DNA of 64,000 nt from Eledone cirrhosa (Eukaryota), in assembly GCA_964016885.1 (NCBI GenBank), contig OZ024740.1, positions 114,762,001 through 114,826,000 of the forward strand, given 5' to 3'. Below, one piece after another: positions 49,213-62,516 of the stretch. Each line of letters starts with the position of its first letter. Position 1 is the stretch's first letter. The notes beneath the pieces were generated by a model. It was not told where the DNA came from. It did no database searches and saw nothing but the letters and a program-made list of their open reading frames with translations. A program made the translations under genes and the position numbers.

Positions 49213-50270
49213 ACTGATTTCTTTATTAGCCACACAGGGCTCACATTAAGGAAACATTAAAGACTGCACAGCATGGTACAGGATGACACAGTACGTTACA
49301 GTGTTGATTTTTCTTTGTGTAAAATAAAATTTATAAAATATACTACGAAAATAAACATTTAAAACAAACAACAAATTCCCCGAAGGTGAGGAGACTTCAA
49401 GGGTCATTTGTGGAAAAATCCCACACAAGCCAGGGTCACCCTGTCCACTAGGGCAAAGTGTCTCTCCCAGTTATTCTCCTCCAATCTACAGACGCATGTT
49501 CAAGGCAGGCCCATTCATACGGACCATGCTCTCACCTACCTTTCAACAAACTCGTTGGAAGGCAGCCCTTTCCTCACAGCCCTGATTTTCCTCTTCAAGT
49601 GAAACACGAAAGAGTTAATCAGGGCTTCGCCGAATAGGAAGATGACTGTCCTTAATCCTTTCAAACGCATCCACCACATAATCTCTTTCGCAATTGCCAC
49701 TAGGTAGATAAGAATTGCCTGTACTTCAGGCAGGGCAATCTTCACAATGGACTCAGTTGATAGTCGAATCCGTCCTACATGCGATAGCAGGTGCTCGACA
49801 TAAACCCATAGATCAGCAATACTAGGACACTCGACGAGTGCGTGCACGACGGTTTGGTCGCCCTGCATGCACCTCGGACAGGCCCGACTGACGGCACATC
49901 CATGCCTGTAGAGTTTATCTTGAACTGGCAAAGCTCCTCGGTAGTACTGTCAGACCAGGGATTTCTGGAAGTTATCCATGGACCTGGACCGGAATTCCAC
50001 TAGAAAAAGTGGCTAGTTGATTTTCGCCAACACCTAGAGTCTCCCCAAGGACATCATTACGCTTACCCTCCGCCAACCCTTTATAGAACGCTAAGGTGGA
50101 GTTTCCACTGCCCGATTGACTGAGGGCTGTGAGTGCTTGAAAATATTCCAGTCTCCTAATGCTCCCTCTCGGTCTTTGATTGACCCAAGATTGCCGCCCC
50201 GTTAAGGAGATGAGCTGGGGCAAAACGTGTCTAGCGAACGGGGACCACACCTGTTCGCCATTGAATAAAG
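49213..50270 (-). mobile_element. Older diverged Tx1-like 3' fragment
   Basis: WSPFARHVLPQL...LYRHGCAVSRACPRC...FHLKRKIR homologous to the ORF2 C-terminus, with stops and frameshifts; ends gctaataaagaaatcagt(att)n. Confidence 0.9.
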
Positions 50271-50275
50271 GTTGG

Positions 50276-50400
50276 AATAATGACGATTTCTTTTTTTAGG
50301 ACTGCACTGCATGGCACAGGATGTCACAGGACGGTACAGTGTTGGTTAACAAAAACAGGCGAAAACCTGTAAAACTTCTAACAAAATAAATTCCTCAGTA
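50276..50400 (-). mobile_element. Further decayed Tx1-like 3'UTR remnant
   Basis: aataatgacgatttctt...ggactgcactgcatggcacaggatgtcacaggacggtacagtgttg resembles the 3'UTR at 49260-49305 and 24189-24220. Confidence 0.55.
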
Positions 50401-52016
50401 GCAGAGACCTCCCACTTGCGACACATGAAGAAAGCTTTACTCCTGAAAGAAATTAAGTCGAAAAGACATAGAAACACGACAGCAATATGTTTTGATTCTA
50501 CAAGTATACTGAACAAGAACACTATACCTTAAAAATGAAAACAGATTTAAACAAAAAAATATCAGACATGAAACTAGAGTACTCTAAAAGAACAAATATA
50601 CCAATTAACTAATGATCATAAATATATTGGGAATTTAAACACGAAGATAACACCAACATATCCAAAACAGATAAAGTAAACAACACAACACAACAAACAC
50701 CAAGCGTAAAAGAAATACATAATATTTAAAAAGCAAAAATATATTCAGGACATCACAACCAAACCTACAAATGAAAAGAAATATGAGGAGAAAGATGGAG
50801 GAAAAGAACCAGTAAAAACGAAACTCAAGACTACAATAGGATAAAGCTGGAAATAATCCACGAACTCCAAACAATAGAAGATAATAATACACCTCCCGAT
50901 AATAAAATAGGAATAATTATATAAAGTGCCTATCTAGCCAGCATAATCTTATACACGAATAGAAACCTTCAAATCACAGGGCTAAATAACATTAATATAT
51001 GCAACAGCTATTACTGTTGTTTATATATTCGTTGTAGTTATAATTGTATGTATTTATCTTTGTTTTTATCGAATGACACCCGTAAATGTTCTTGTCCATT
51101 GTTATCGTTTCACATGCCTCATAGCAACAGAGTGGTTTTCCAGTCTGGTATAATAAGTGCACGCCAGCAAATAGCTGACACGGTAGAGACATAATACACT
51201 GTTTGTCTCATGTAACGTAACTGTTTTCTGTGAGCATTTCCTGCTGCTCGGTTCCTGCATCACACTAAATTACAAGCGCTCGTTTACGGCAACTCTCTGA
51301 CTCCGAACAACTCTCGCCACTTTGTTGATCTGGGCAGTCGACCAGCACACTAGACGTTAGCCTCCGTGCCACATTCATCGACGCGTATCATCGGGCAGTG
51401 AATCGGTTTAATTTCCACAAACGCTCCAAAAGGACCTTGATAACATCGTTATCAAACCGTCTGTCAAGTGGGATGTTGTGGTTGTGTGGAGCGCTGATCT
51501 CTGATTATTTGTCAATGAAAAGTTATCTTATACAAAACCACACAAACAAAAATAATATCCTAAATCAAATTATTTCCTTGTAAGGTGTTGAAGTAACCAA
51601 CGTCCGAAAACCTATTAAAAGCATTCCTACTGTACTTCCTCTTCTTTCTCCAGCCTTAGGAACAATTTTATTCATTTAAATCATATGTACTGCAGTTTCC
51701 AAATTGACACATTTTTGAAGGCGAAATACCATCTTTATACAAGATAGCTTTATTCCGGACTCTGAGCCTTTGAATTAATTAGATTTTTTGATTGAAATCC
51801 TGTAATCTGTGCTTTAGTTTTTATATAAGGCTCAATTCTACACACATTCTTAAATGCACAAACACGCACGCACGCACACACACATACACCCCCCCCCCAC
51901 ACATAGAGCTATTTACATTTGTAGACAGAATTGTATGCACACAAACGCCCACAGACAGAGATATATACGTATATGTAAATATGAGTGTGTATATATATTG
52001 GTACACCCCCCCCCCC

Positions 52017-52072
<56 letters not shown>

Positions 52073-52112
52073 TATGTTTAGGGCAAAGCGCTGAATAAGA
52101 CATCTGACTCAC

Positions 52113-52230
52113 CAAATTTCGCAGTGGATGAGGTTAATTTGCAGCAACTATTGCAGTGTATCAGATTGATGAATGTTAATCCAGCCAATAGAATCGTTAT
52201 ATCCCTATAATCCCTCGGTTGTAGAGACAT
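52113..52230 (-). CDS. Candidate first coding exon with a signal-peptide-like N-terminus
   Basis: ATG at 52230, MSLQPRDYRDITILLAGLTFINLIHCNSCCKLTSSTAKF, then phase-1 donor TTTG|GTGAGT; unique sequence between microsatellites. Confidence 0.4.
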
Positions 52231-52411
52231 ACATTGAAGAGCTGTATTTCTCAGGTGGAAGCTGATGCTAGAAGCAATACGTCTTAAAATTCATCATTGA
52301 TTTACTGTATTTCTTCAGCAACCATCACTGTCATATATGTAGAGACACATACACACACAACACACACAAACACATACAAACGCGCGCGCACACACACACA
52401 CACACATACAA

Positions 52412-52473
<62 letters not shown>

Positions 52474-52488
52474 ACACATACACACATA

Positions 52489-52520
<32 letters not shown>

Positions 52521-52608
52521 CATCTATATATATTGTTAATGAAGGAAACCAGAATAATCATGTTTAAGTCATTAATTAAATATATATATATATATAGTTA
52601 CATGCGTG

Positions 52609-52650
<42 letters not shown>

Positions 52651-52657
<7 letters not shown>

Positions 52658-53118
52658 TAAAATAACAGATTAAAGTTTAAGCAAAGAATCGCTGCTTTCA
52701 ACCTTAAGGGGATCTTCTAAAACTCTCCCTCGGTTGAGCACTCTATTGACTTATATTTATCATGCAGAAACAACATCTGAATATTTCTACAAAGAACATA
52801 CCCGTACCAAGCAGGAAAACATACCTAAATCTCCTGATACAGAATTTCCCGTTCTTTGCCAGGGAACGTTTCCACGAACCAAAGTATCGTCTTCCTGTCT
52901 TCGTCCGGCTGCAAAATGTTTTGAAATATTCACTTCTGCGTTTACAGATTGACTTTGTTAGTTTCAGAAGATCCCGTTAAGGGTGAAAGCAGCGATTCTT
53001 TGCTTAAACTTTAATCTGTTATTTTAATAAATATTTGCTCTTCGGTTCTTATATATTTGATATATATTTATCCTTATCGAGCCCTCTTTGGATTTTAGTC
53101 TTCAAATTTATTATTATT

Positions 53119-53120
<2 letters not shown>
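52651..53120. mobile_element. Fold-back Penelope-like element in (TA)n
   Basis: 52651-52724 inverted versus 52960-53034; cagaaga-tccc/ggg-gaaa hammerhead remnant; unpaired tail to ~53120. Confidence 0.6.
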
Positions 53121-53178
<58 letters not shown>

Positions 53179-53179
53179 A

Positions 53180-53278
53180 AGGCATAGTGGTTACAGTGTC
53201 GGACCTATAATCCTGAGGCTCTAAGTTCGATTCCCGAAACGGGCGATGCGTTGTGTTCTTGAGCAAGACACTGTAATT
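53180..53278 (+). mobile_element. tRNA-derived SINE head (second copy at 59678-59778)
   Basis: tagtggttacagtgtcgg...gttcgattccc A/B boxes followed by gcgttgtgttcttgagcaagacact. Confidence 0.65.
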
Positions 53279-53362
53279 GTATACATATATTCATGAATAG
53301 ATGAATGATTAATTACATATATACATATATACATGTATTCATGACTCATGTTTATGGTTATT

Positions 53363-54001
53363 TGGTTTATATAGAAGACCCAAGACATCTACCAAGCCAC
53401 ATTATCTTGAAATAAACAGAAAAGAACGAACTATGGTTTATATAGAAGACCCACGACATCTACCAAGCCACATTATCTTGAAATAAACAGAAAAGAGCGA
53501 ACTATGGTTTATATAGATGACCCACGACATCTACCAAGCCACATTATCTTGAAATAAACAGAAAAGAACGAACTATGGTTTATATAGATGACCCACGGCA
53601 TCTACCAAGCCACATTATCTTGAAATAAACAGAAAAGAACGAACTATGGTTTATATAGAAGACCCACGGCATCTACCAAGCCACATTATCTTGAAATAAA
53701 CAGAAAAGAACGAACTATGGTTTATATAGAAGACCCACGGCATCTACCAAGCCACATTATCTTGAAATAAACAGAAAAGAACGAACTATGGTTTATATAG
53801 AAGACCCACGACATCTACCAAGCCACATTATCTTGAAATAAACAGAAAAGAGCGAAGTATGGTTTATATACAAGACCCACGACATCTACCAAGCCACATT
53901 ATCTTGAAATAAACAGAAAAGAGCGAACTATGGTTTATATAGAAGACCCACGGCATCTACCAAGCCACATTATCTTGAAATAAACAGAAAAGAGCGAACT
54001 A
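53363..54001. repeat. 71-bp minisatellite, 9 copies
   Basis: Unit tggtttatatagaagacccacgacatctaccaagccacattatcttgaaataaacagaaaagaacgaacta at 53363, 53434, ...; few substitutions. Confidence 0.97.
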
Positions 54002-54179
54002 ATCAAAAGAAGACGAAGACAGTTTAGTCTTATACTGTGTTTTAAAAAGTTAGGACAACGCTGAGGATCTTTGATCATCAGTTTGATAATTCAGATATGA
54101 CATGGGATTCAAATCGTATCGGCATGGTGTCCATGATGGGGACAATATTGAGCGACAAGCTGGTTATAATAAGGGATAT

Positions 54180-54349
54180 GAAAGCGATGATGATAATGAT
54201 AATGGCGATGTTGCGTACGATAATTATGATAATGAAAAAGGTTAATAGTGATAAAGTGTTGTTAACTCGTATGATGATGTTGATGATCATGATAATTATG
54301 ATGATAATGATAATGATAATGATAATGATAATGATAATGATAACAGTGA

Positions 54350-54383
<34 letters not shown>

Positions 54384-54730
54384 GGTGTTGCTGGATCAGG
54401 TGACGAGGATGTTGATAATGAAACTAAAGCGGTAACGTTTGGTGACAATGATGAAAATGATACTGTTACTAACCATGAATATGATGATGATGTTGATGAT
54501 GAGGATGATGATGATAATGATGAGGATGGCTATGATCGTAATTATTATCACTGGTTTTGTGCCCAAAGTAGATACAATTATTATTATAATAATTATTGCA
54601 ATAACGCTGATGCTTATGATTGCTATGATGATGATGGTGATGATTCTGATCATTATGAAGATCATTATGATGATGCTAATGAAGATGATGACAACGATGA
54701 CAACTATAGACATTATGATGATGATGATAT
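54180..54730. repeat. Degenerate (GAT/AAT)n microsatellite
   Basis: Runs of gatgatgat and gataat; source of the spurious Met/Ile-rich ORFs. Confidence 0.9.
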
Positions 54731-55029
54731 TTACAGTATCTGTTACTAGGTGGCAGAAATAACTGCTGAAATTAAGCATTGTGCTTGAATTATGGAAAGG
54801 TGGTGTTGAATTGGTTAAACATGTCGATGTGAGTATTTCATAGTTTAGTTTTAACTTTTACTATCGCTTTACTGTCGGTTTATTCCAACTAACTGTAATT
54901 TAAACGTGGGATTTCACATAGATAGCTATTTTCACTTGGAACATTATATATTAGTCGATCAGTTTATAGCTTCGCAATGCCATTAACACGCCAACAGTAA
55001 ACATTCGATATAATGCAACTATCACTTCA

Positions 55030-55072
<43 letters not shown>

Positions 55073-55928
55073 AAGCCCTAGGCATGGAGAAGACGAACTG
55101 GCCAACCTGTTCGGTAGGACATTCAGCCCGGGACCCATGGATAACTTCCAGAGGTCCCTGGCCTGGCAATGCTACAGAAGGGCTCTGCCCGTTCGAGAAA
55201 GGCTCTACAGACACGGGCGCCCGGGTAGGGACCCATCGAAAAAGGTCTGTCCCAGATGCGTGTGCGACGAGGAAACCGTTGCACACGCATTGGTACACTG
55301 CTCGGGCATTGCCGATCTGTGGGGCTATGTCGAACAACTGCTGTCAAGGGTGGGACCGATCCGGTTGACCACCGAGTCTATTGTAACGATCAAGCCGCCT
55401 CCCCTCTTCAAAAACGAAGGAGAGGCGGTGTTTCTGTGCGTAATAGCCATGGCGAAAGAGGTTGTATGGTGGACGCGTCTGAAAGGACTGAGGTCAGACA
55501 CCTTTCTCTCTGGCCAACAACTGGTCCGTTTCTTCCGATATCATTTCGGAAGAAGGATCAGGATGGAGAGAGAGGTGCTGCACCCCAGCCGTTTCTATGA
55601 AAGATGGGTGAAAGTGGCGAGAATGGCCCGTGTGAATGGGCCTTCACTCTACATCAGACTATAGGTGAGGAAGATGAAAGACCAAGGGAGCACCCCTTCT
55701 CTGTGCTCCTGAGGAGAAGGGTTGCACACTTTTTTCGGGGGTGTGTGCGACCCCCCAAGGCGCCTCCTCTCTATTGAGGACTTTGTTATAAATTTTATTT
55801 TTTGTTATATTTTATTTTATTTTTATATATTGTTATTGCCTCCTCCTTATTGAGGATGCCTTGTTTTGTAAACTCCCCCCATTGTACTTGTCCCACTTTT
55901 GATGCCCTGGTGGCAAATAAAAGAAACA
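55073..55928 (+). mobile_element. 5'-truncated Tx1-like element of a related family inserted in (ATCT)n
   Basis: MDNFQRSLAWQCYR...CPRC...ETVAHALVHC...ARMARVNGPSLYIRL* homologous to the array ORF2 C-terminus; ends aataaaagaaacat(atct)n; (ATCT)n also at the 5' junction. Confidence 0.92.
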
Positions 55929-56021
<93 letters not shown>

Positions 56022-56066
56022 GTCTGTTTCTCTCTCTATCTCGCACTGTGTGTGTGTGTGTGTGTA

Positions 56067-56170
<104 letters not shown>

Positions 56171-56586
56171 CCATACCACCTGTAGAATAAGCTCAAAGAT
56201 TTGAAGAAATAGATCTGAGCATTTATTAACATTATATATATATATATACAACAATCCATGAATATATACAGCTCTCTATTTATCCAAAAATTTACCTATC
56301 AGATGCATATATGCATGCAATATTTCCTTGTTTCTTAGTTACGGAAATACGTTAATTTTAATATCTATATATGCAATAATTAACTGAAATACAATATAAA
56401 AACTATATAAGATTTCAACTATATATCACACAAGCTGTAACATATGGTATTAGTTTTCCTTATAATTATCTAAGTTATATTTTTAGCACTAAATAGAACC
56501 AAGTTTTCTCCACTTAATGTCGGTAATTCGCTCTCTTTATGCATCTCTCTGTCTGCCTCTCACAATATACACACACACACACACTC

Positions 56587-56666
<80 letters not shown>

Positions 56667-57220
56667 TTTATTTATGTTTGTTTAATAACGTCTAATCGAG
56701 AGCTTGTTATACGGTTTGTGCAACGGAATCAATTCCTTTGTTCACACTTTTAATTTACCCGCCAAAACCCGAGGAAAAGGTACGTGACAGTGACTGCTAC
56801 CATTAGTAGCGGCCTACTGCTCCACATCACACCGGTTTGAGGCACAGACGGAAATCTGTTGATAACGTTGGTCCGCGTTTCGGTCATCAAATACAATAAA
56901 CTTGCTTATTGCGTAAGTAGAATTGTTGATTTTGATTACATAGAAACCTATCGGAGATATTGCACAATACCCTTTTAACGGTCCAGGTTGATACCATCTA
57001 AGCTGAATGTATTGTCGTTGCTTTGGTGTATTATGTGGCTAGGTTTGCTTGCCGCAGCTTTCAATTTGTCACGATATCTAACGTATGTTAATTACTCTAA
57101 GGAGATACACACTTTTCCAGCGCTTTCACAGACCTAATTGTATCTCGTTATCTTGGCCACCGCCAAAATTTCGATTTTACTAACCTTCCATTTATATATA
57201 TAAACATATATATATATGAC

Positions 57221-57304
<84 letters not shown>

Positions 57305-57353
57305 ATAATACAGGGAAAAAACCACCAGTGTATGGAATCTATAACTATATAAC

Positions 57354-57536
57354 TGTTTCTACTTTAGGCACAAGGCCAGCAATTCCCAGTACCTTACTGT
57401 TACTTTATTTTATCGACCCCGTAAGGATGAAAGGCAAAGTCAACCTCGGCGGGATTTGAACTCAGATCGTAAAGGGACGTAACTATGCTGGAAAGCATGG
57501 CGTCCGACCCTCTACCGATACTGCCAATCCACCGCC
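57354..57536 (-). mobile_element. tRNA-derived SINE (same family as 30199-30381)
   Basis: Near-identical head, central domain and tail. Confidence 0.9.
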
Positions 57537-57579
57537 TAACACACGTACAAATCCAAAGATATGTTTCACCAAAAATTTG

Positions 57580-57907
57580 TTGAAAGAAATGGGTTAGTCT
57601 CGGTTCATCAGCGTGTGTAAGGCAATACATTTCAGTCAACACTAAGAGAATTTTAAAGAGCTCAGGATCTCTTCTCCTTTGAGCACATTATTTACAGGGA
57701 ATGGCGAGGGCCTATGCCTCCGTTAATTTATCGTGATATTTCGCTCCTAATAACAGTCTTTCCTATCTCTGTTTGGTTGAGCACACTTCTCTGAGTGGCT
57801 TTTGGCTGCCCTTTCTAGCAGTTCGTCCCTCAGAGGCATTGTGTTGTCTGAAATGTATAGCCTTACACACGCTGATGAACCGAGACTAACCTATTTCTAT
57901 CAACAAC
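57580..57907. mobile_element. Inverted-repeat element with CUGAUGA remnant (Penelope-like)
   Basis: ~57580-57640 inverted versus ~57843-57907 (ccttacacacgctgatgaaccgagactaacc). Confidence 0.5.
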
Positions 57908-58740
57908 TATTCTCAGCTAAGTTTCCGGCAATGCGTGGACACAGGGAACTTATACAAAAATAATTCAGTGGATAGAAAAAAGCAAAGCGTGGACTAAGTT
58001 CCAAGACATTGAAAATATCACTGCCTACTCGGTCGGTGGCATATTCATTGCCTGGAAACTTAGCTGAGAATAGACTTCCATGATGACGAATGGATTTCTC
58101 CGTGCGTTTCTACGGAATTCATGTTTATTCCATTTCAGAAACTAATAAGTTGGAGTGAAATTTTAGTAAGTAAGTTAATTTTAATAATTTTCTTATTTTA
58201 CGTCTTTCATATTATTGTTCTGCATCCCCTTGCATTGAACCACAAAGTTACTAAGACAAAACCTATATATTTGCTAGCATAGGTATGCATCTGTATATAT
58301 ATGTTAGTAGATATACTAATTCTTTATAATTATCTCCAAATTATTTTGTTGAGCAAAAATTTGCCAAAATTGCTACTATAGTTCATAGTAATGGTTCTGC
58401 TGCTGTCTTCTTAACACACCACTCCTCACTGATTAACCTCGATGTCACGTGATTGATTCTTTTGAATTTGCGACCGACCGAGTAGGCAGTGATTTTTTCA
58501 ATGTCTTGGAACTTAGTCCACGCTTTGCTTTTTTCCATCCACTGAATTATTTTTGTATAAGTTCCCTGTGTCCACGCTTTGCCTGGAAACTTAGCTGAGA
58601 ATAGACTTCCCTGATGACGAAAGGATTTCTCCGTGCGTTTCTACGGAAACCATGTTTATTCCCTTTCAGAACTAATTAGTTGGAGTGAAATTTTAGTAAG
58701 TTAATTTTTATAATTTTCTTATTTTACGTCTTTCATATTT
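57907..58740. mobile_element. Penelope-like element with an inverted arm and duplicated terminal repeat; another copy at ~59330-59595
   Basis: 57907-58037 is the reverse complement of ~58473-58604; the tail (gcctggaaacttagctgagaatagacttccctgatgacg...) occurs at ~58050, ~58580 and ~59430. Confidence 0.6.
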
Positions 58741-58764
58741 ATATATGTATATATATATATATAT

Positions 58765-58965
58765 GTGAACGAGTAGGACCCCGACGGCTGAGGTCAAGCC
58801 GTTTCGACGGCTAATTGTGGACTCACTGCGTCCAGAATTAGCCGTCGAAACGGCTTGAGCTCACCCGTCGGGGTCCTACACGTTCCTATTACCCACTCTA
58901 CTCCCCTAAGTATTGAGTACTTTGGTGCCTTATGGTCCATCTGGTTCCTTACCACATTTCCTTCG

Positions 58966-58968
<3 letters not shown>
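58765..58968. mobile_element. Fold-back element, same family as 6115-6312
   Basis: Hairpin 58765-58887 plus the conserved tail; in (TA)n. Confidence 0.6.
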
Positions 58969-59017
<49 letters not shown>

Positions 59018-59224
59018 CGTTTCTGAATTTGTTTAGCAAGATTCTTTCTCTGAAAACGTGTGTTGAAACCGATATTGTTATACTTTGGGAGGGTCATGTT
59101 GGCAATAAGAAACACACGCACCATTGCTTTCACTTCAATTTATTATAATAAATTTATAAATTTAGGAATTTATAAATTTCCGGTTGGTTGGTTGGTTCCA
59201 CAACCAGATGGCTGTTTATATATT

Positions 59225-59267
59225 GTCAAAGTTCTTTCGTCACACATTCTGTGACCTCTTCAGTGAC
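59225..59267 (-). ncRNA. Hammerhead ribozyme motif
   Basis: gtca-CUGAAGA-g-gtcaca/tgtgac-GAAA-gaac-UU-tgac: stems I and II paired, minimal stem III. Confidence 0.6.
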
Positions 59268-59594
59268 TGGGGATTCTTTTCTTTGTTTTTCTGCCTCTCC
59301 TAGGTTTTTTAGAATCTGTCACTGACGAAATAGGCAGTGAATTTTTTCAACGCTCTGGAATTTAGTCCCCGCTAGCTTTATTCCATCCACTGAATTATTA
59401 TTTTTATAGGGGTTCCTAGTGTCCGCGCATTGCCTGGGAACTTAGCTGAGAATAGACTCCCTGATGACGCAAGGAATTCTCTATAGTTACGTTACGTAAC
59501 TATATTTGTTCCCTTACAGAAACTAATTAGTTGGAGTGAAAATTTTAGTAAGTTAATTTTTAATTTTTTAAATTTTCTTATTTTACGTCTTTCA

Positions 59595-59633
<39 letters not shown>

Positions 59634-59846
59634 GTATATATATATATACATATAAATATATATATATATATATATAAAGGGATAATGGTTACACTGTCGG
59701 ATTCATAATCCCGAGGCTGTAAGTTCGATTCCCGAAACGGGCGATGCGTTGTGTTCTTGCGAAAGACATTGTAATTGTACCTCGGAAAGGAAAGTTTCTA
59801 GCTGCAAATTTCATGGCCATTCGTGGCCGAAGGGGAGGTCTTCACG

Positions 59847-59907
<61 letters not shown>

Positions 59908-60804
59908 TACCTATGGACTATGTGTAGGCTTCTACATAACCTGGACATTATTTTCCCAACTTGTAGAAAACTTATGAAACGATCGTTTGGAAAGAGGGAT
60001 GTATTTAATTTTGTATCATAAAAAATAATACAGCTGGCTATCCGCAAAATACGGTCGGTATTGCTTGAAGCTTTCTCTGTTAATGTATTAAATATTATAC
60101 TCTTGAATTGGCCAGAGATGAAAATTTACAGATTTTTTTGGTATGACTTTCTTTATTTATTCTTTGTATGAAATATTGATTGTTTTTCCAGTATCTTGTC
60201 TCTGTTTTTAGCCTGAGAAAATACCTATATGCATGTATAAATATTACATTCATATATTTATTTTTTTATATTCCAATTGAGTTCTTCACGCATAGTTAAA
60301 ATTCTTGACAGAATTAATTGACCTGCGTGCATATTATTTTATCTTTTTATTTTGTTCGATGACCTCCCCTTCCCAATTGGTGACGGTGTGTGATTTCTCT
60401 TTGTGAGACTGCTGGAATTTCAAATTTGGCGGTCACTCTAACACTGACGGGTACCATCGCTGAATGTTAATATTGCTAGGGTTTTTTTATATCGATATTG
60501 TTGGGCATCCACTGATGATTTATAAGTGCCCACCTGCATATATTCCTATAGACTATGTGTAGGCTTCTACATAACCTGGACATTATTTTCCCAACTTGTA
60601 GAAAACTTGTAATGAAACGATCGTTTGGAAAGAGGGATGTATTAATTATGTCTCATATAAAATAATATAACTGGCTATCCGCAAAATATGTATAGTTAGC
60701 ACCCCAAAGGTATAATTGGGATTATACTAAGGTATATCCTAATGGTTGTTGAGTGAAACTGAAGTCGGTCGGAGTATTGCTTAAAGCTTTCTCTGTTAAT
60801 GTAT

Positions 60805-60810
<6 letters not shown>
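59908..60810. repeat. Direct repeats of about 180-260 bp flanking a decayed (probably Penelope-like) core
   Basis: gactatgtgtaggcttctacataacctggacattattttcccaacttgtagaaaac...ctttctctgttaatgtattaaatat at ~59910-60095 and ~60545-60810. Confidence 0.6.
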
Positions 60811-60888
<78 letters not shown>

Positions 60889-62407
60889 CTGTAGAAACAA
60901 ACATGGAGAACATTTACAAAATATATTATGTTCGGACTTGTATGAAATGGAAAAAGTAGTCATCAAATCATCATACGTTAATCTTTCGTCAGGAAAAGAA
61001 CGAGGGTAGTAAAGAATTTGGGAGTGAAAAGATGTTAGGGAAAATATAGGTGTCATCGGGCGGGGTAGAATGATTTGGAGTGTAGCGGTGTATTAGGGTG
61101 TGTATGCAGAAATTGTGTTAGATCTCTTGGCTTATTCGTGGTATGTAAGTGTGGTTGACGTTCACTGTGTGAGTGCATTCTTCTGTTAAAGGTTTGTGTC
61201 TGTTTGTGTGTGTCGATATAACCGTGAGTGAGTATATATTTGTATGAATATGCGCATGCGTCAAATGTGTGTGTTTATATGTGCATAGTATAGTAGGCTT
61301 TCGGATTGTTATGGGGCATTAAATTGTGTGCGTGCTGGTTTGTGTGTTGTTTTTGTGTACTAGTCGTAGCATGTAAGAGTGTGAGAGAATACGTGTACAC
61401 GGGTATGGCTAGTTATCAAGCATGTGGTTATCTATGGTTTTTCTGTATAAATATGTATGTATTATCTGTTGTGTTTAGGTCGGAAGTATGAGTGTATGCT
61501 TGTGTATGTGTACGGGCTAGTGTCTGTGTGTATGTATGTGTGTGTGCCAGTGTTTGTGTGTGTATCCAACGTAGAAGGACCAAGGTGTAAGAGTAGCTGC
61601 TTAATCTACTATATGTGTATGGAAGCTGACATCATTCTGTCTTATCACCAACCAATTATAATGATAAATATGGCTTCTTATAAGAGGCCGCAAGAAGACA
61701 GGTTATAATATGTGATAGGAAATGAAAAGGAAGAACATGAAAAGAGCTGTAAATCCACGTGTTTTCCATATGTAGCTTTCATGTTGTGGAAACGAAACAG
61801 GTCGATTAAGGAGAATTGTGGAGGGCTAAAAATAGTATACCAGTCAAAAATTCCGTTCTCAACTTATATTTCCTCAAATGCGTTTACAATATCAGATGTG
61901 GAAAGGATTGGTATATTGACTAGATTATAGAGGGTATGTTTGATGGAAATTAATGCTGGTAGACTTTTAACTTCAAACTGAGCTAGTGATATTGACAGTC
62001 GGAATGGAAGGGCAAGGTTTGAGATCACTCTAGTCAGCTATTAACCACCTATCATTTTGTGACAGTTACATGTGTATTGCCATAACAGTATACAGGGCTT
62101 TCATTGGTAACGTTTTTCTCCCAACCCTTATATTCTCTCGTAGGCTTTTAATAAAGTATTCTTTGTAGGATGGATTACATAATTGGCATGTTTTGGATCC
62201 ATAATTGGCATGTTTTGGTCACTCAATGTTGATATTGTGTCATTTGTTTGTACAGAAATATGCAATCTTGTTCGGTTACATATCGCAGGTACACTAAATA
62301 AAGATGTAACCCCATTATTGGGAGTGAAAAGATGTTAGGGAAAATATGTTAGCGAATAAAGGTATAATAAGATGGCTATATCCAAAATGGTATTATATAT
62401 ATATATT

Positions 62408-62516
<109 letters not shown>

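Noticed and set aside
53180-53245. tRNA gene
   Set aside because: A/B boxes present but no complete cloverleaf; continues into SINE body sequence and recurs at 59678.
53363-54001. CRISPR-like array
   Set aside because: Units are contiguous with no unique spacers, no cas genes, eukaryotic context.
54078-54779. Met/Ile-rich membrane-like ORFs
   Set aside because: Translations of a degenerate (GAT)n microsatellite.
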